Positions 1 through 13,800 are shown, counted from the first letter of the whole stretch. The stretch: 58,092 nucleotides of DNA, filler included, from Sphacelaria rigidula (GCA_964200075.2; 6 parts of 6 records of this genome joined end to end with filler, not necessarily neighbours in it); one strand, 5' to 3'. Notes: a model not told the origin generated them from the letters alone. Made by a program: numbers and translations.

Positions 1-3000
1 AATCCCCAAGCGCGAAGCGCCGTGGTGTGTTCGGCAAGTCGCATGAAGGGTGAGCTGCATCCTGCCAAGATTGTTCTGCCGAAAGCCTGCTCATTATCTT
101 GCACTTGGATGACAGCCTCGAATGAGTCGCTTCATTATATGGTATCACCACTTCCAGAGACAGCCACGGCTTATACTCTGGCTCATGGGTGTCTCACCAT
201 AACATACCAGGCTCGAGGGGGAGGGGGGAAGAGGGGGTAGGTAATACAAGAGGGTTATAAAACAAGCCAAGATAAAATGAAGGTAGCATCAGTAACGACG
301 ACGGGGCGCACGGATGGGGGAGCGACAATCCAGCGCATGTATGAAGCACAATTATGCATCAATTAATGTGGTGGTAGGAGTTATTTTGAATCAATTGGCA
401 GTGCGATTGCGAGTGCTGCAGATGATTCGACATACTGCTATGCGCACAGTGTAAGCGCCGAGCGTATACTGGCATGGTGCCACTCCGTGAACGCGTTAGG
501 AATGCCTGCATCGCGTTCATCTTTAGGATTTGCAATTTTCTTGGCTCACACTGAACCCTCGAACTTCTTCGGGACGAATGCGTGGTTTGGTGTAAAGGTG
601 TAAAGGGATCAACCCATCTCTCCCCCGGTACATGACTTACATTCTTACATTCGGGTATGGCAAATTGATTGGATCATGACCCTCTGTAACGCCCACATCG
701 TGTCGACTCTTTCCAAATTGAACATTTTCCTCCTCACATCATGTTCATGTCCAAGTTTTCGACGACGAAAATCAGATACTTTCTGAAAAAAAAAAAAAAC
801 GTATCTTCTGGTGAATTGTGATTGTGATGTAGGCCAACTCACAAAGTAATGTGTTCGAAGTGCCATGCATAGAGTACAGCAGCGATGCATTCCAGATCAA
901 GAAGCGATACCTCAATACCGCGATGCCCCCTGTACAGGTTGAGCTACAATAGTCGAGCATGCTGACCCCACGACGGGAAGTGAAGCACATGAACAAAAAG
1001 ACGACACGCGCACACAATCGAAGCGCCGAGAAAAAAGCGAAAACGAACTCGATACCGCAGACCAGCCTTCTCTCCAGTTCCTCCCGCTCTTCCCGTTCCT
1101 GTCTTTGCCAATCGAAGCACGAAGAACAGTTTCATCGTAATTGGACTCATGCAAGGGGATGCAAAGCCATCACGAAAAACCTTCCGGCAATGCAACATTC
1201 GACTTTCAAACATTCCACGGTTAGGACGAATCAAATCGTGATTTGACTCATGTTCATTATTTCAACGAATTAATCATACGATTGGCATATCATTTGTAAT
1301 TTATACAGGTTTTGAGCTCTTGAGTCGTGCAGTACACCGTCAACGGTACCTGTTTCCTACCTTCCGTGCATACGGGGTAAATCGTGGGCACATATTCATC
1401 CCCTGTGAAAAAACGTGGAATGAATCGATTGTACATGCCACCCACACTTACCATGAGGCGTGAATGGCATGTACATCTTATGCCATGCGTGATTCGTGCG
1501 GGACGAAGAGTCGGCACATGGTTGAATCCTCTCATTTCATGGGCCTTGAATCAGGCTTACTTTTCTCCCATCTGTAATGCGGCTGAGATGACTGCACTGC
1601 CCATGTTATCCATCGTCGGGTTCATGCGGAACCAACAGTCGGCATATGGTTGAATCCTGTTATTTCATGGGGAGTCAACTCGTATGAACTCTGACTCGTC
1701 CTAACCGCAAACCCTTCAAGCTGGTTCTCCCACTCACTTTTCCGACTCCGATGACGAGGACGCTTGTAACGGCTCCCTAGCGGCATTCCTACTGTCCATC
1801 CCGTTGGCACCGTTCATTCTATTCATCGCACTCCGTTCATCGGACCTGTGCACGACCCCCATGAGCCATGGGCCATGAGGCATAAGGACAAACCACCGAT
1901 ACAACTAGAAAGGCGATAGCATGACGACGGTACGCACTTTTCTGATGCACGTTTGGAGCCATGCCTATGCCAACTATCGCTACTATCGTAGCTGATGCCA
2001 TTTCTGGGTTCGAAGCTTGCGTGGTGCTATGCTCTACTGTACCCTCTACTGTTTTCTACCTTGTCTTACTGCGTTATCGATCAGCATCGTATGCGTATTT
2101 TCTTCCGTCTGTTATGCCCTTCAAGTGATTTCGTCCCGCTCCTTCAGAACTCGTGGGTGAGAGTTTATGTTAAACTAGTGCGGCCCTGAGGTATTTGAGT
2201 CGTGTGGTCATTAGATATCTTAGTCGCAACCTGCTTCCACTGCCTTATTTTGCCTTGTTTTGTTCTTTTACGCACCGTCTTCTTATCTTGACCTCGCCTA
2301 AAGCGCTGTGAAGTAAATGTCTTTTATTATGGGACTGGTACTGTCGTGCTACTACTGTCCTAGATGTCACATTTTAGCCTAGCGTTTGATTCGTTTTCAG
2401 GGTTTCCTCTTCTTTTCCCCTTCTTCGTTTTTCTCCTTTCTGGAGTTTCCTTCATTAATAGCGAGTGTTCCCGACCATTCACCTTGGGTAAGTCTATCTT
2501 CCATCTGATGATCACCGCTGGATTCTCAGCGACAGTGGTTCATTTTCATGTTCTCACGACAATCAATCGGTCAACAGATGTTGGCGGCAAATGGATGTGC
2601 GCCTGATCACATGAGGGTGTCTGTACTCGATGTTGGACATACCCTCCACTAATACGCGAACGTTGGCACCTGCAATCGTTCTGACGGTTACTGGCGAACA
2701 GGCAAGAAATCTATGAGGGTTTAAATCAAAGTGCTCCATACTATCGATTCCAAGCAGGGATGGCTTGGGATCTTCCTACGGCTCAAGAGAGTGAAGGGAG
2801 CTGGGTTGCGATTCAGGCTCGCGGGCCAATCGCAGGATATAATTTCCTTTCAGTTTGGATCTCAGATCAAATTTTGATTTACGAGAACCATTATTCCGAT
2901 TAGAATGCGAAAATCGAACATCGGAAGAAATGCGGTGTGGTGATTGACCCGCTGTCGTGAACCGCAACTGAATTGATTGAGATTTTCCGAGCCTTCTAAA

Positions 3001-5304
3001 GATCCCAGCGCTTGCCCGAAGTAGATAGTTGAACACCTACTACTTGTTACTGGAAGGCGGCATGAAAATGACCCAAGAGTAAACTAGAAGCAAACATCGA
3101 CCGACCAGCAAATGGATGGATCTAACGCTAAATGTCAGCTCGTGTCTTGAGGATGCCGAAAAATTCCAAGTAAAGAACTCAAGAAAAACAACTTGTATCC
3201 CCACAACGCCCGATTCGGATCGTAACCAGAGAATACGGACAGGATGATTTGGAAGAGCGGTGTTTCTTTTGGCGCTGGACGCATCTCAAACAGCAAACAG
3301 CAAGCAGCCCCGAGAATCTCAAGAGGCACTCCAAGGGCCGGAACTGCAACATGCGACTGGAACACGCCACCCTACACGACCGAGCCCCTACGAAGGCGCA
3401 TGGACACCCGCAGCACAAGCGCATAACGCCACGCGCTAGCTCTTGCTCATGTACGCACACTCGTGCTTGTTCCACGGCAATCCGTTCGGTATTGACACAG
3501 GGGTGTGGTGTGCGACAATAAAGTTGCTCGCGGTAGTGCCGTTGACCGCTTTTGGGTGTCTGGGGCGGCGCCCGTCTGCTGGCAGAAATGATCGTGTCTC
3601 TATCGAACCTTGAACCGACATGACTCAAGCCAAGAGCGTCATACTCAGTTGATCAACAGCTGCAGCTCAAGCTATGCATGGTGTATCTTGCCACAGTGGG
3701 ATAACAAGTGGTTCATGTGTGCTGGTGCTTCAGGTCCGGGCTGTGTCGCACCGTGCGCCTGAGGTAATTGCTCTACTGTTCCCTCTTCCTCCTCGAGGGA
3801 AAAGTCCTGCGAACAGCTCATTTCTATTCAAAAATATTTTTTCCATAAAAAGCCCTGCCGCTCTCCAAAAAAATCGCAGCCTCTTTTTATTTCTCTATGT
3901 GTGTGGGGGGGGTGGTGGAATCGCGGTGACCACTCAATAGGTTGCTTTTGGTCCCCTAATCTTCTTGACCTTTTCTTGGTCCCGCTAAGATTGGCACTCA
4001 CAACCTGTCGAGATGAAAGTGTGTGCCTGTCATTTCAAGGCATGCAGAATCGATCCGATCCAGAGTAAGAGACAGGCACGCGATACAACGTGTACGCATC
4101 CACGGATACGGTAGAAAGCTCGACTCCACTAGATTTACGAGGTGCTGTAATTGAGGGCGTTCGATTCCATGTTGGGCAAGCATCATCGAATACCATGTGT
4201 GCGAATGTTTGTGTACCATGTAGACTTCGCCCGCAAGTGCGGAGTTTCGGCACCATCACCATCACCATCACCATCCGTGCTGTGCGGTTGTGCAAAATCA
4301 GTAATTGCAGCGTCAGTTCTTCATGGTTCCAAGACAAAGCAAACATACAATGCATGGTTGAGTAATACTTCTTTTCCAGGCTATCGGGTAGTGTTTGGGG
4401 TGCAGTGCAACTTTCTTGGTGGTCAGCGTTCCAACCTCTTGGATTGGCAGTGATTCGTCAGCTGATGGTCGCTATCGACCCTGGTCTCATTATTTTGAAG
4501 CGTTTCGCTCCCGGTGCCGACCCAAATGCAACATCCAAAATCGATAAATCGGATTTGATTCCGACCTCGTTTTTGTTTTCAAGATATTCCAAAATACACG
4601 TCTTCGTTGCTTCTGCGGTAGCAAAAACGCCTGCTCAGCCTGATGAAGATTTGGAGAAGCAGTGTTGGGTACAAACTCAAACCGGACTGGAGCCTGTTCA
4701 CGCATACAAAAGAGGATGCGTCATTGTACGATTGTCGCCAGTTGCTTCTCATGTGCTGTTCAGGCAACGACACCGGAACAAATCATGATACAGAGTAAAA
4801 ATGCGCCGTCCCTTCCTGAATTTAACACTATAGCTGATTCGATCATGGTAAGAAAGTGTTAGAATATACGTGACGAATGGTGACAGAATCAGTAGACCTA
4901 TAGCTTCGGGTGAAAACCTATGGTTGACAGGATGAGTACTTGAGTTTAGAGTGGAGAAAGTTCTGACAAATGTTTTGGTTCGAGCAGGTGAGCAGTGGCC
5001 CTAGCTCGTCCACAATGTGGTTCTGTCCAAATGGGCGCCTGCGGCGTCGATTTGAGGTCTGCCAATGCACACTTCGCCGAGGGGAATAATCTATGCACCC
5101 TCTTGCCCGAGGGTCTCGTACGCCTTGGGTCGGGGTTGGTGGTAGTGGTGGTTTGTTCGAAAAAATGAATCATAGATTTGCGCCCAAAGCTACAGGTTGC
5201 CTCAACAGAACGGGACCGTCACTAACCTACTGTTCCGAGAGGAGGTTATGATATATAATATACATCAGTAGTGCACTCGCTGAGACATTCATCATCATGT
5301 GTGA

Positions 5305-5757
5305 CCCACTGTGCTCCGGATTAGGAATTTTTACAACATTATAGCCGCATGCGGCAAGCACCGTAGACCGGGCGTGGTTGCACATCACATCATTAGCGAT
5401 CACCGCAGCACCAGCGGACGGAAGAACGCCAGGAGTACACAAGGCTGTGGGCAAAAGCGATGTGCATTTTGCACTAAACCCCCCGGATACAAGTGGAGGT
5501 CGCCGGAAAATGCAAATTCAAATGTCGAAGCCGGAGCGAGTCGACAGTTCGCTGGAAAATAAATGTGTAATCATACGAAGTCAAACCAACCAACAAAAAA
5601 GCCTCGTTGTTGATCAATCACCAACTCCCGCCGACCGCGCGTCATTCCATCACCACTTGCTACCATCACCCCGCTAACCGAGATACCAAGAACATGGCAG
5701 ACGTCGCACACTCAATGAGGGGCCAGGCATGAGGGGTCACAACGCGTAAACATGGTC

Positions 5758-5798
<41 letters not shown>

Positions 5799-8450
5799 AC
5801 CCACAACCACCCGGCCGGCCGCAGGCCCTTTTTTTTTTTACACTCCTTTTTTTTTAAGCAACGTGCGGNNNNNNNNNNCCCTCCCTCCGCCCTCCGCCCC
5901 CTACAGAGAAACCAACGGGGCCGGAGATTATACTTTTTTTGTACACCACCTTTTTTGTACAACACGACGGGATGTCTGCAGCTGTGGGCGACAAAACCGG
6001 AGGCTACACTACGGGGATCGGACGCGCTGTCCGTGGTCTTATGACATGGTTGGGCGACTCCCAAGCCGGGGATCTCCGCAACATACTTCTCTCGGCGGTG
6101 CTGGTTGGCAACATCAATGCTGCTGGGGTACCACCTAGATCTACCAAGAAATCGATGTTTCTCCGTTTCGGGTCCATCCAGGACGCGTTCCAGCGTCCCC
6201 CCCCGTGGGGAAAAGATCCAAGATCCTCAGCAGTCTTCGTAGATGAACGAAGGTGGCCTTGAAGATGTAGCCAGCCACCTCCTCTACTCCCTTCGTATTC
6301 CCAGCGTAGTCCGCCGGTACAAACCTCGTATCTATTGTGAGCATACAGCAACGAAAATAAGAGGAAATGCAGACAGTGGACCTCTACAACCTCCACGCAC
6401 AGTCTACGTTCCCCCGTTTGACAGCCGCCAGCCATCGGTGTCATATTACACATTACATTTTTCGGGGACACACGCACGTTTCATGAGCACTACATTCGCA
6501 CAAACCACTAGTCCGCTACCTCACCTCGGCTCCAACTCGCGTGCCCGCGCACAAGACTTGCCTTTGCCACAGAAGCCAAATACTTCGCGAGACTCCTGGA
6601 AGAGTTGTGTGGATACTCGAACATACCCCCCTTGACCTTCTGACAGTGCATCAGCGGCGTGCTGAGTCCAGCATCCACGTATCGTGCCGTTCATTTTCTG
6701 TGGAGGTCCAACATTCGTCTCCGTCTTTCGAGGTGCGTCAAGAATAAATGATACTACAGGGGGTACTTCATAGCATGCCCATGCCCAGTCCTCGGGCGCT
6801 CGTAGAATAGTAAGACGTCGAGCCCTTCATCGGCCTGCGCAGACATCGGGGCAGATACGTGCATAATCAACCGTTTCACCGCCCGATACGTCACGATCAT
6901 GACAGATGGAGTACTGCGGGTCCTGCATCGACACCCAGCCCGCAACCACGGTCAGCACGCCACAAGGTGACATACTGTTCAACATGGATGTGGCGTCTCC
7001 TTCCTACATTTGAACACCTTCCGGCGATGTATACCACACCACCCCGTAGCACCCGTAGCACCCGAAGGGGCTAATGCTGTCTATGTACCTCAGTGGTCGA
7101 CGGGGTCTGTGCAACACCGCGATTAGTGAAGGCGTCATGCCCTGCGGGATAAAAGTAATTATTGATATGAGCCCAACATAAGCGCGCGTAGATTCCTATA
7201 TTGTGGTTGTGTTGACAAGAGGATATCATCCGTATTGTCGACCTGTACCCCATATAACACCCCTTTCCCCTGATTTATACTGAAATGTGGCTTGGCAGTC
7301 AAACGGATACGGCTAGATGTTCCGCCACTACATTCGACAAATGAAGACATGGAGTCACGCTGAGTACCGGGGCGTGGGACGAGTCAAGCAGCAAGCGACG
7401 TACCTCTCTCTGAGATACTCCAGAGCCACCGGAGGCGGATTTCTCGCGATCTTCAACCCGCTTCTGCTCCGGCTCTCAATTTCTTGCACTGGTAAAGGGT
7501 GTTGGTCGACTGTGGCCGGCGCCAGCTGCCGTTCCTTCGCGCGGAGTGTTGGGCGCGAACAGGAATCAAGTTATATCCGAAGCTTCCTTCGCGAACCGTA
7601 CGGCAAATTCAACAGTCGTCGCGCACAAGAGAGGGATCCGGCAACGTTGGCGTTCGGCCAGCACAAGGCATTCGCGCGATGGGGCCGCGGGCAACGTGGC
7701 ACATCAGCAGTACGGTGTGGTGAATGTATGGCGGGTCCGCTACCGAGAGGGGCCGATGAAGCCTCAGCCCCCAGTTGGTACTGTACGTGCGGTACAACAG
7801 TCCACTACAGTACATTTGTATTGCAAAGTCGGACCATTGCGCAAGGTAACAGTGCAAACCGTATTCTGTCCAGAAAATATATGCATCGTCGAAAACAAAA
7901 GCGCCGAGTGAATGAAGTGTGTGACAAGCAGTACAGAAAATATGATAGCAAATCAATACGATACAATACGAGAGTGCATAGGGCAAGGCGACTCGTTTCA
8001 CCGTTATACAGGGTCCTCTAGCGTGCAACAAATCCTGGGCGGGTTCAGGCAGATAAAACGTGCCGTTCTCGATGCACCGTGGATCGATCGTCCCCAAAAT
8101 TTGCACAGCATCGGTCGAGTATATCACAAAGCATGTGGCGCCGCTGGTTCTTCAACCCACACCGAGGAACTCGAATACACAGGCTGCACGTGAGGGGTAT
8201 GCGGCTGCGGACTGCTGCGCCCACTTCACAGACATGCAACTGGAGGCAACGCTCTCGCCACTCACCGGATGTATTGAAAAGTTTCCACTTGCCCAATTGC
8301 TTCCACACGTTGTCGCAACAGCCTTGTGCACTCCTCGCGTTCTTCCGTCCGCTGGTGCTGCGGCGATAGCTAATAATGTAATGTGCAACTACGCCCGGTC
8401 TGCGGTGATTGCTGCTGCCATGTTCGAAAAATCCCCAATCTGGAGGAGAG
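5305..8450. repeat. About 140-bp inverted repeat pair (5305-5450 and 8313-8450) bracketing about 3 kb of decayed, coding-like DNA
   Basis: ccgtagaccgggcgtggttgcacatcacatcattagcgatcaccgcagcaccagcggacggaagaacgccaggagtacacaaggctg matches the reverse complement of the 8320-8405 region; the ORFs at 5378(+) and 8388(-) give near-identical peptides (MHITxLAIxAAPADGRTxGVHKAV). Confidence 0.75.
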
Positions 8451-9099
8451 TGCAGTGTTTCGCCGGGGATTTCTTTTTTTCATAGCGAGACAGACGCCTC
8501 CGCGAGAAACGGTGGATGATGGCAAATATCCTGATTTCGCCCCGAGCTCCCGCACACCTTGTGCCTGCAGCTGCGGACCTCGAAGCATCGCCCAAGTGGA
8601 AGGAGTGGGCTCGAATACGGTGGAGGTGTATTGGTATACTGACAAGCAGGTCCTCTCGCGAGTTGCACTGATAATGGTGCTGTCTGCTTCGAGCATTTGC
8701 AGGATCCGTGCAGCCTGAGGCGAACATCACCCCCCCCCCCCCTCGCACCTCCCCCCCCGCCCCCAGACCGACCACCCGCCCCCCCACACCCCCCCGGGAC
8801 AGCCCNNNNNNNNNNTCTCCCGTGCTGGGCGCAGCTGTTCCAGGTGCCGTGGAGCCGGGGGCGAACACCCCCCCCCCCCCCCGTCGAACCTCACCTCCGG
8901 CGTCATGACAGAGCACAGCGCTCGCATGACGCCACCGGTAGAGACCAGGAGGATGTTTTTACCGTCTAGAGAGGTCAATCTTTCCATAGCAAAAGGTCGC
9001 GTTGAAATCCATCGATGCTTCAAATGAAGCGACGTGACTGAAGTGTGAAAAAAAATAAACTTTTCTCCGCACCAGTATATGGGCCATCTCAACTGCCTT

Positions 9100-9262
9100 G
9101 TACTGCACCGACAGCACATAGCAAAAAGATAGAGCACACCACAGCGCAGCGCAGCACAGTACAGTCCATCACAGTGCAGTAGAGTACAGCACAGCACAGT
9201 ATAGTATAGTGTAGTACAGTACAATACTGTACAGCAAAGTCCAGTGCAGTACACAGCATTGT
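9100..9262. repeat. Degenerate pentanucleotide microsatellite (CAGTA/CAGCA/TAGTA)n
   Basis: acagcgcagcgcagcacagtacagtccatcacagtgcagtagagtacagcacagcacagtatagtatagtgtagtacagtac. Confidence 0.8.
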
Positions 9263-9530
9263 GCTGCCGGCGAAGTATATACTGTAGTAATAGCTTTGAC
9301 CTGGAGGGCGTTCATAGCAAGAAACAGGCAATGCTATAAAATGAGGTTGTACGATGAAATGAGGTTCAAGCCCAAAACAATGGTTTCCCCACACTTTCAG
9401 CGATGCTGCCCCATCATGTTTCTGTCGGCCTAATGCCCGCTGATCGCGTTGATACTTCTTCAGCGCATTTCACCGACTCTGTAAGCGCTTACAGCGCTAA
9501 CCGAAACCGTCATTTTCCCTGATTTTTTCA

Positions 9531-9600
9531 GGGGGGGGGGCGTACTCATTTGTTGCTTGCCTTAGTCGTTTGACCATTGACCACGCATCCCTTTCGAGAC
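9531..9600 (-). mobile_element. 3' end of a LINE-like element, ending in poly(C) on the element strand
   Basis: Reverse complement gtctcgaaagggatgcgtggtcaatggtcaaacgactaaggcaagcaacaaatgagtacg-C10 matches the 3' ends of the LINE remnants at 19196-19265 and 26183-26254. Confidence 0.8.
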
Positions 9601-9700
9601 NNNNNNNNNNNNNNNNNNNNNNNNNNNNNNNNNNNNNNNNNNNNTTAATTAATTAANNNNNNNNNNNNNNNNNNNNNNNNNNNNNNNNNNNNNNNNNNNN
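9601..9700. other. Artificial contig linker (N44-TTAATTAATTAA-N44)
   Basis: Identical 100-nt spacer with a core that puts stops in all six frames; recurs five times about every 9.7 kb. Confidence 0.97.
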
Positions 9701-9983
9701 GCCCCTCCCCTCACTACTACTGTTCCGGGCCCTGTCATCCAACACATTCCAGGACTACAGCACCTACGGGGATACGCGTGACGGTGAGAGTGCAGAGCGA
9801 GTGCTGTCCGGCCGTGAGCCCACGCTGTTCGTGTGTGATATATGTGTGTGTTTGTGTGTGTGTATCTTGTGTGTTTTGCCTCCCGGACAGGAGTGATTCT
9901 TAGTGTGACTTCATGTGCAGCCAAACCCCCGGTCTTTGCGCTGTTCTACTGGGTGATGGATCGCCCCTGCCTTCTCACTGCAT

Positions 9984-10200
9984 TGTATTGCGTGAGAGGA
10001 CCGCGTGCTTAGAGGACCGCATCGGAATTGCAACATCCCCATTGCTGGGGTCAGGGTCAGGGTTAGGGTTAGTGTTGGGGTTAGGGTCAGGGGCATGGTA
10101 CCTCCAGGGACTGACCCGATTGGTTTTGAAAAACGTCGATCTTGAGGTATTTGGGACCACGGCGCGGTCCTCCAAGCACGCGGTCCTCTCACGCATTACA
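9984..10200. mobile_element. 217-bp MITE with 37-bp TIRs and internal telomere-like (TTAGGG/TCAGGG) repeats
   Basis: tgtattgcgtgagaggaccgcgtgcttagaggaccgc (9984-10020) versus the reverse complement of 10164-10200: 2 mismatches. Internal ggggtcagggtcagggttagggttagtgttggggttagggtcagggg. Confidence 0.8.
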
Positions 10201-10898
10201 GGGTGACAAACAGAGACGCCGTCCTTTCAGTCAGGAGTCTGTTGACACGAATAACGACGTGTCTTGTGGCGTTCCAGTCTAGGGAGGAATGATGTTCACG
10301 TGTCCAGTTTTTGAAGGACGTGACGAGGGGTGTCAGGTGTAACTCGTCGCGCGGCGAAACACTGAAATCCGTTGTTTTGAAATAGGACGGGTACTCGATC
10401 TTGGAATCGATCGGGACCTCAGCTCAAAAGTTACCTGGCCCGAGAGGTAAGATCGCGACGCGCCTGAGCGGTACTGGCGTCATTCGTCAACCCGTCCGGG
10501 TCATGGAAGCATCGAAGTCGCTGGCGTAGGATGTGACCCCCACCCGCCGTGTAGGTGAAGGTTTTGCAATGAGAGATGGTCGACACACACCCGTATTGAC
10601 GAGGGCGTTGAGCCTATAATGCGTGTTGGGACCGCGCGCTTTCTTCAGCGCATCGTGGACGATTTTTTACACCTCTCGGTCTGGTCAATACCTGCGATGA
10701 CCGCGCTCATGACTTCCACCCCAACAATAACCCTTTTCAGGTGAAGGAAGCATGCGGTCATGCCACACACCACAGAGTCACAGAGCCTCTGCGTTGTGCC
10801 TGGCGAGCACAGAGATGACCGCCGTTTTTCACTTTCCTTTCGGTATCGATTGACCCACAGAGAGCGATCGTCTCGTGGGAGTTCACCGGGTGGACAGG

Positions 10899-13800
10899 AT
10901 GTTGTCGACGAAGAGGCTGTGCGGATGCGCGGCCGGGATCATCTTCTGCTTGGCTCTTTTCGCACGTTCAGCTATAGCAGGTGAGTCGCGCACTTTTTGT
11001 CGCGAATTTGACGGCATTTTGTCGACTGTCGATGTAGGCGTGAGCAAGGTGCTGGATCGCGAACGGCACACATGAGTGTCGGATGTTGTCCAAACCCTGG
11101 ACGTCGATCCCGGCGCTTGGTTAGAGTCCACCTTTGCGGCGCTGACTCCGCTGACGCCTCCGGCGTGCTCTTACGGCGTTTTGTGTTCCCGGCGCATGCA
11201 TGGCCGGGCGATTTTCAGCGCCCGAACCCGATTCATGTTCTTGATCCCACCACCGCCAGGACCAACGGCCGAGGCGGTGGCACTGCGGGAAGAAGGGGGA
11301 CCGACGGCCCTGGCTCCGGTGTCTTTTTCTGGAGGCTCCTCAACACGAGCATCAGGGCAAGGTGAGCCTCTAGGGAGGGTGAGGAGGTTTGGTTGAAAAC
11401 TCTGGTCGTTGCCGTGTCGTGGACGAGTATCGATGGCGCGATCATGCACCTGGCGTGGTCGAGGAGCTGCTCGACGTGGGTGCCGCCGCTGACGAGTGCC
11501 GCCGGTATCGTGTCCCTAGTCGAGGTCACTCCGCTCCGCCGTCGTTGTTGCATCGCACCTCCAGGTGAACAGGATGCCAGAATCCTCCGAAGGAAACGGC
11601 GCAGGAGGGGCAGAGGCAGGCGGAGAAGAAGAAGGGGTAGGAGGGGGCGGAGGAGACGTCGACGTGGGCGCAGAGGGCGAAGATTCCGTGGTGAGTGCAC
11701 CGCCGACCGGGCTAATATCCCGTGCGCCACGTGTTGAGCGAGGCTGATCAACCTGTCACAGCACCTGTAAACGAGGCGAATGACCCGTCAAAATACAACT
11801 CACTATCGTGGCCCGTGTAAAAAATACACACTGCTCAACTGTAAGTAGACACGAACAATCGGTTCAACTTGTGAACCCAGCTCTAACAAGAGAGCTCGCG
11901 GAGGCTGCACAGTGTTGGTTGAACACTTGTTTGTGCGAAAGAGAGGATGCTTGGAATTGCCGCTTTATCTGGGCGACACTTGAATCAAACACATGTAACA
12001 ATCGTTGGTTCCTCATGAAGGCAGAAACAGACTACAAGCTGATGAGCTTGCCTGAGGTGGGTCGCTTTGGAGATTAAATAGCGTGGGGCTATTTCACACT
12101 CATCAGTAAAACTAGAAAACTGTCCATCCAAACTGTCCATACTTGTGGACTCTCAGTACTCCACCCTTCAATACTCGGGCAATATGCTGACTCTCTGTAT
12201 ACGAGCTATACAGTACATGAGCTATTCATTATTCTACGATGAAAATCCCACACACTTCACTACCTCAGTTATTCGGACGATCTTCATTCTAACGATGAGT
12301 CGTTCCTGGTTTTCCCGCTAATCTCGAGTATGTAAATTCGCCGAACTGTCATTTACTGATCTTCCAACACCGTGCCGTAGCCAGCGCTGAAGCTAGCAGT
12401 GCGATTCGTCATCGTGTACCGCGCGTGTAGAGACGAGACGAGCGTCCCACACGTTCCGAAGATGCCGCCGAAGAAAAACGGTAGGTGGACGAGGTTGTAC
12501 CATATTTGTCGCAGTGGTGCGACACACAAAAACCTCTCGAGATTCATGCCTTGACCCGCGTTCGTTGCCCCCACGTCGACCCCGCGCCATGTTGCCGATG
12601 CGTGTGCGGGAACTCTGTCCGCGTCCCTCGCAGGAAGGATCAAGTTGCCTCCGACACCAACGGCGGCCCCGACCGCCACGCCGGCGCCGACAGCCACGCC
12701 GGCGCCGACAGCGACGCCGGCGCCGATTGCGACAACGCAGCCAACGCCAGCCCCGTCGGAGGAAGGCTTCATCATCCTTCCGATCCCTGGTGAGAGAGGA
12801 GTGAAGAATCAATCGTTTGTCCCACGGTGATGCCACGTGTCGCGACGAGTAGCGTGTAATTTGCGGGTTGCGGGAAAATATGATGCCACGCCACCGTCGA
12901 TCGGTGACTCTGCCTCGGCGACTCCTCCCGCAAGATGCTCCCGTGCCCAGTGACCCCGTTCGGCCCGGTCGCTCAGGGGTGTAGTCGTCCAGCCATCGCC
13001 CAGTCGGGGTGTACCGCGTGCTTGTTTTACACGACTGACATGGTGGAAATCCCCTTGTTCTGGGCCGACCGTGTCGTCATTGTCGCTTTCCATTCGCACG
13101 GTAGGAATCCCCGGGCTCGCGATCGGCGGCGGAATTATCCAAATAGCAGATCTGGTGGTCGGCCAGACCATTGTTGTCCTCCTGGTGGACGCGACTGGAG
13201 TCCCGGTTGGGCAGGTCACCGTCGTGGTGATTTTGAATCGAAGGCTGACGGAAACGACCGAAGGAGAGCAAGCCGCCATCTCAGCGGGGAGCGAGGCGTC
13301 CCGCGGTCTTCAGCTCCGGGGGGTGATCAATGTGAGTAACGTGGTGCCCACCGCTGGCTCACCATACGCCAACCATACGCCACGAGTATCTCGATGTCGT
13401 GTTCTGTCCCCCAGGAGCATGTCCTGTGGCCCTCGAGCATGGGTCGAGGCCATGTTGGCGGGAAGGCGTGTACAGGGTCTGATATTTGTGTCGCCGATAT
13501 CGTTGTCGTCGTGCACGTTTGCGCGTAGCATGGGCCGCGGTGCCACCTCTTCTCGTGGAAACCTTGATGGGGAGGACCCAGTACGGTCGCGAGCGTGAAA
13601 AGCAGGGCACAGGTCGGGTCGTCGTCGCTCCCGCTCATCGGTGTCAGCTATTGGGGACAGTAGCAGCCATCGCACTGCCTCTCTGATGGACACTGTTTTG
13701 GACTAGCCGAGCACGCCCGACGAAGCAGTGGGGAGACGATGATACCAACCCCGACTTTTACCGCCTCGCTCACGACTTGCCGTCGACCCGAATGCCGCTG

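Noticed and set aside
9645-9656. TTAATTAATTAA as a biological motif (piggyBac target or regulatory site)
   Set aside because: Always centred in exactly 88 Ns: assembly linker.
10045-10093. True chromosome end
   Set aside because: Short, degenerate and enclosed by TIRs inside a contig.
12381-12480. Extra exon in intron 3 of the secreted-protein gene (tag|CCAGCG...AACG|gtaggt)
   Set aside because: 100 nt would break the phase-1 frame between exons 3 and 4, and the peptide is not distinctive.
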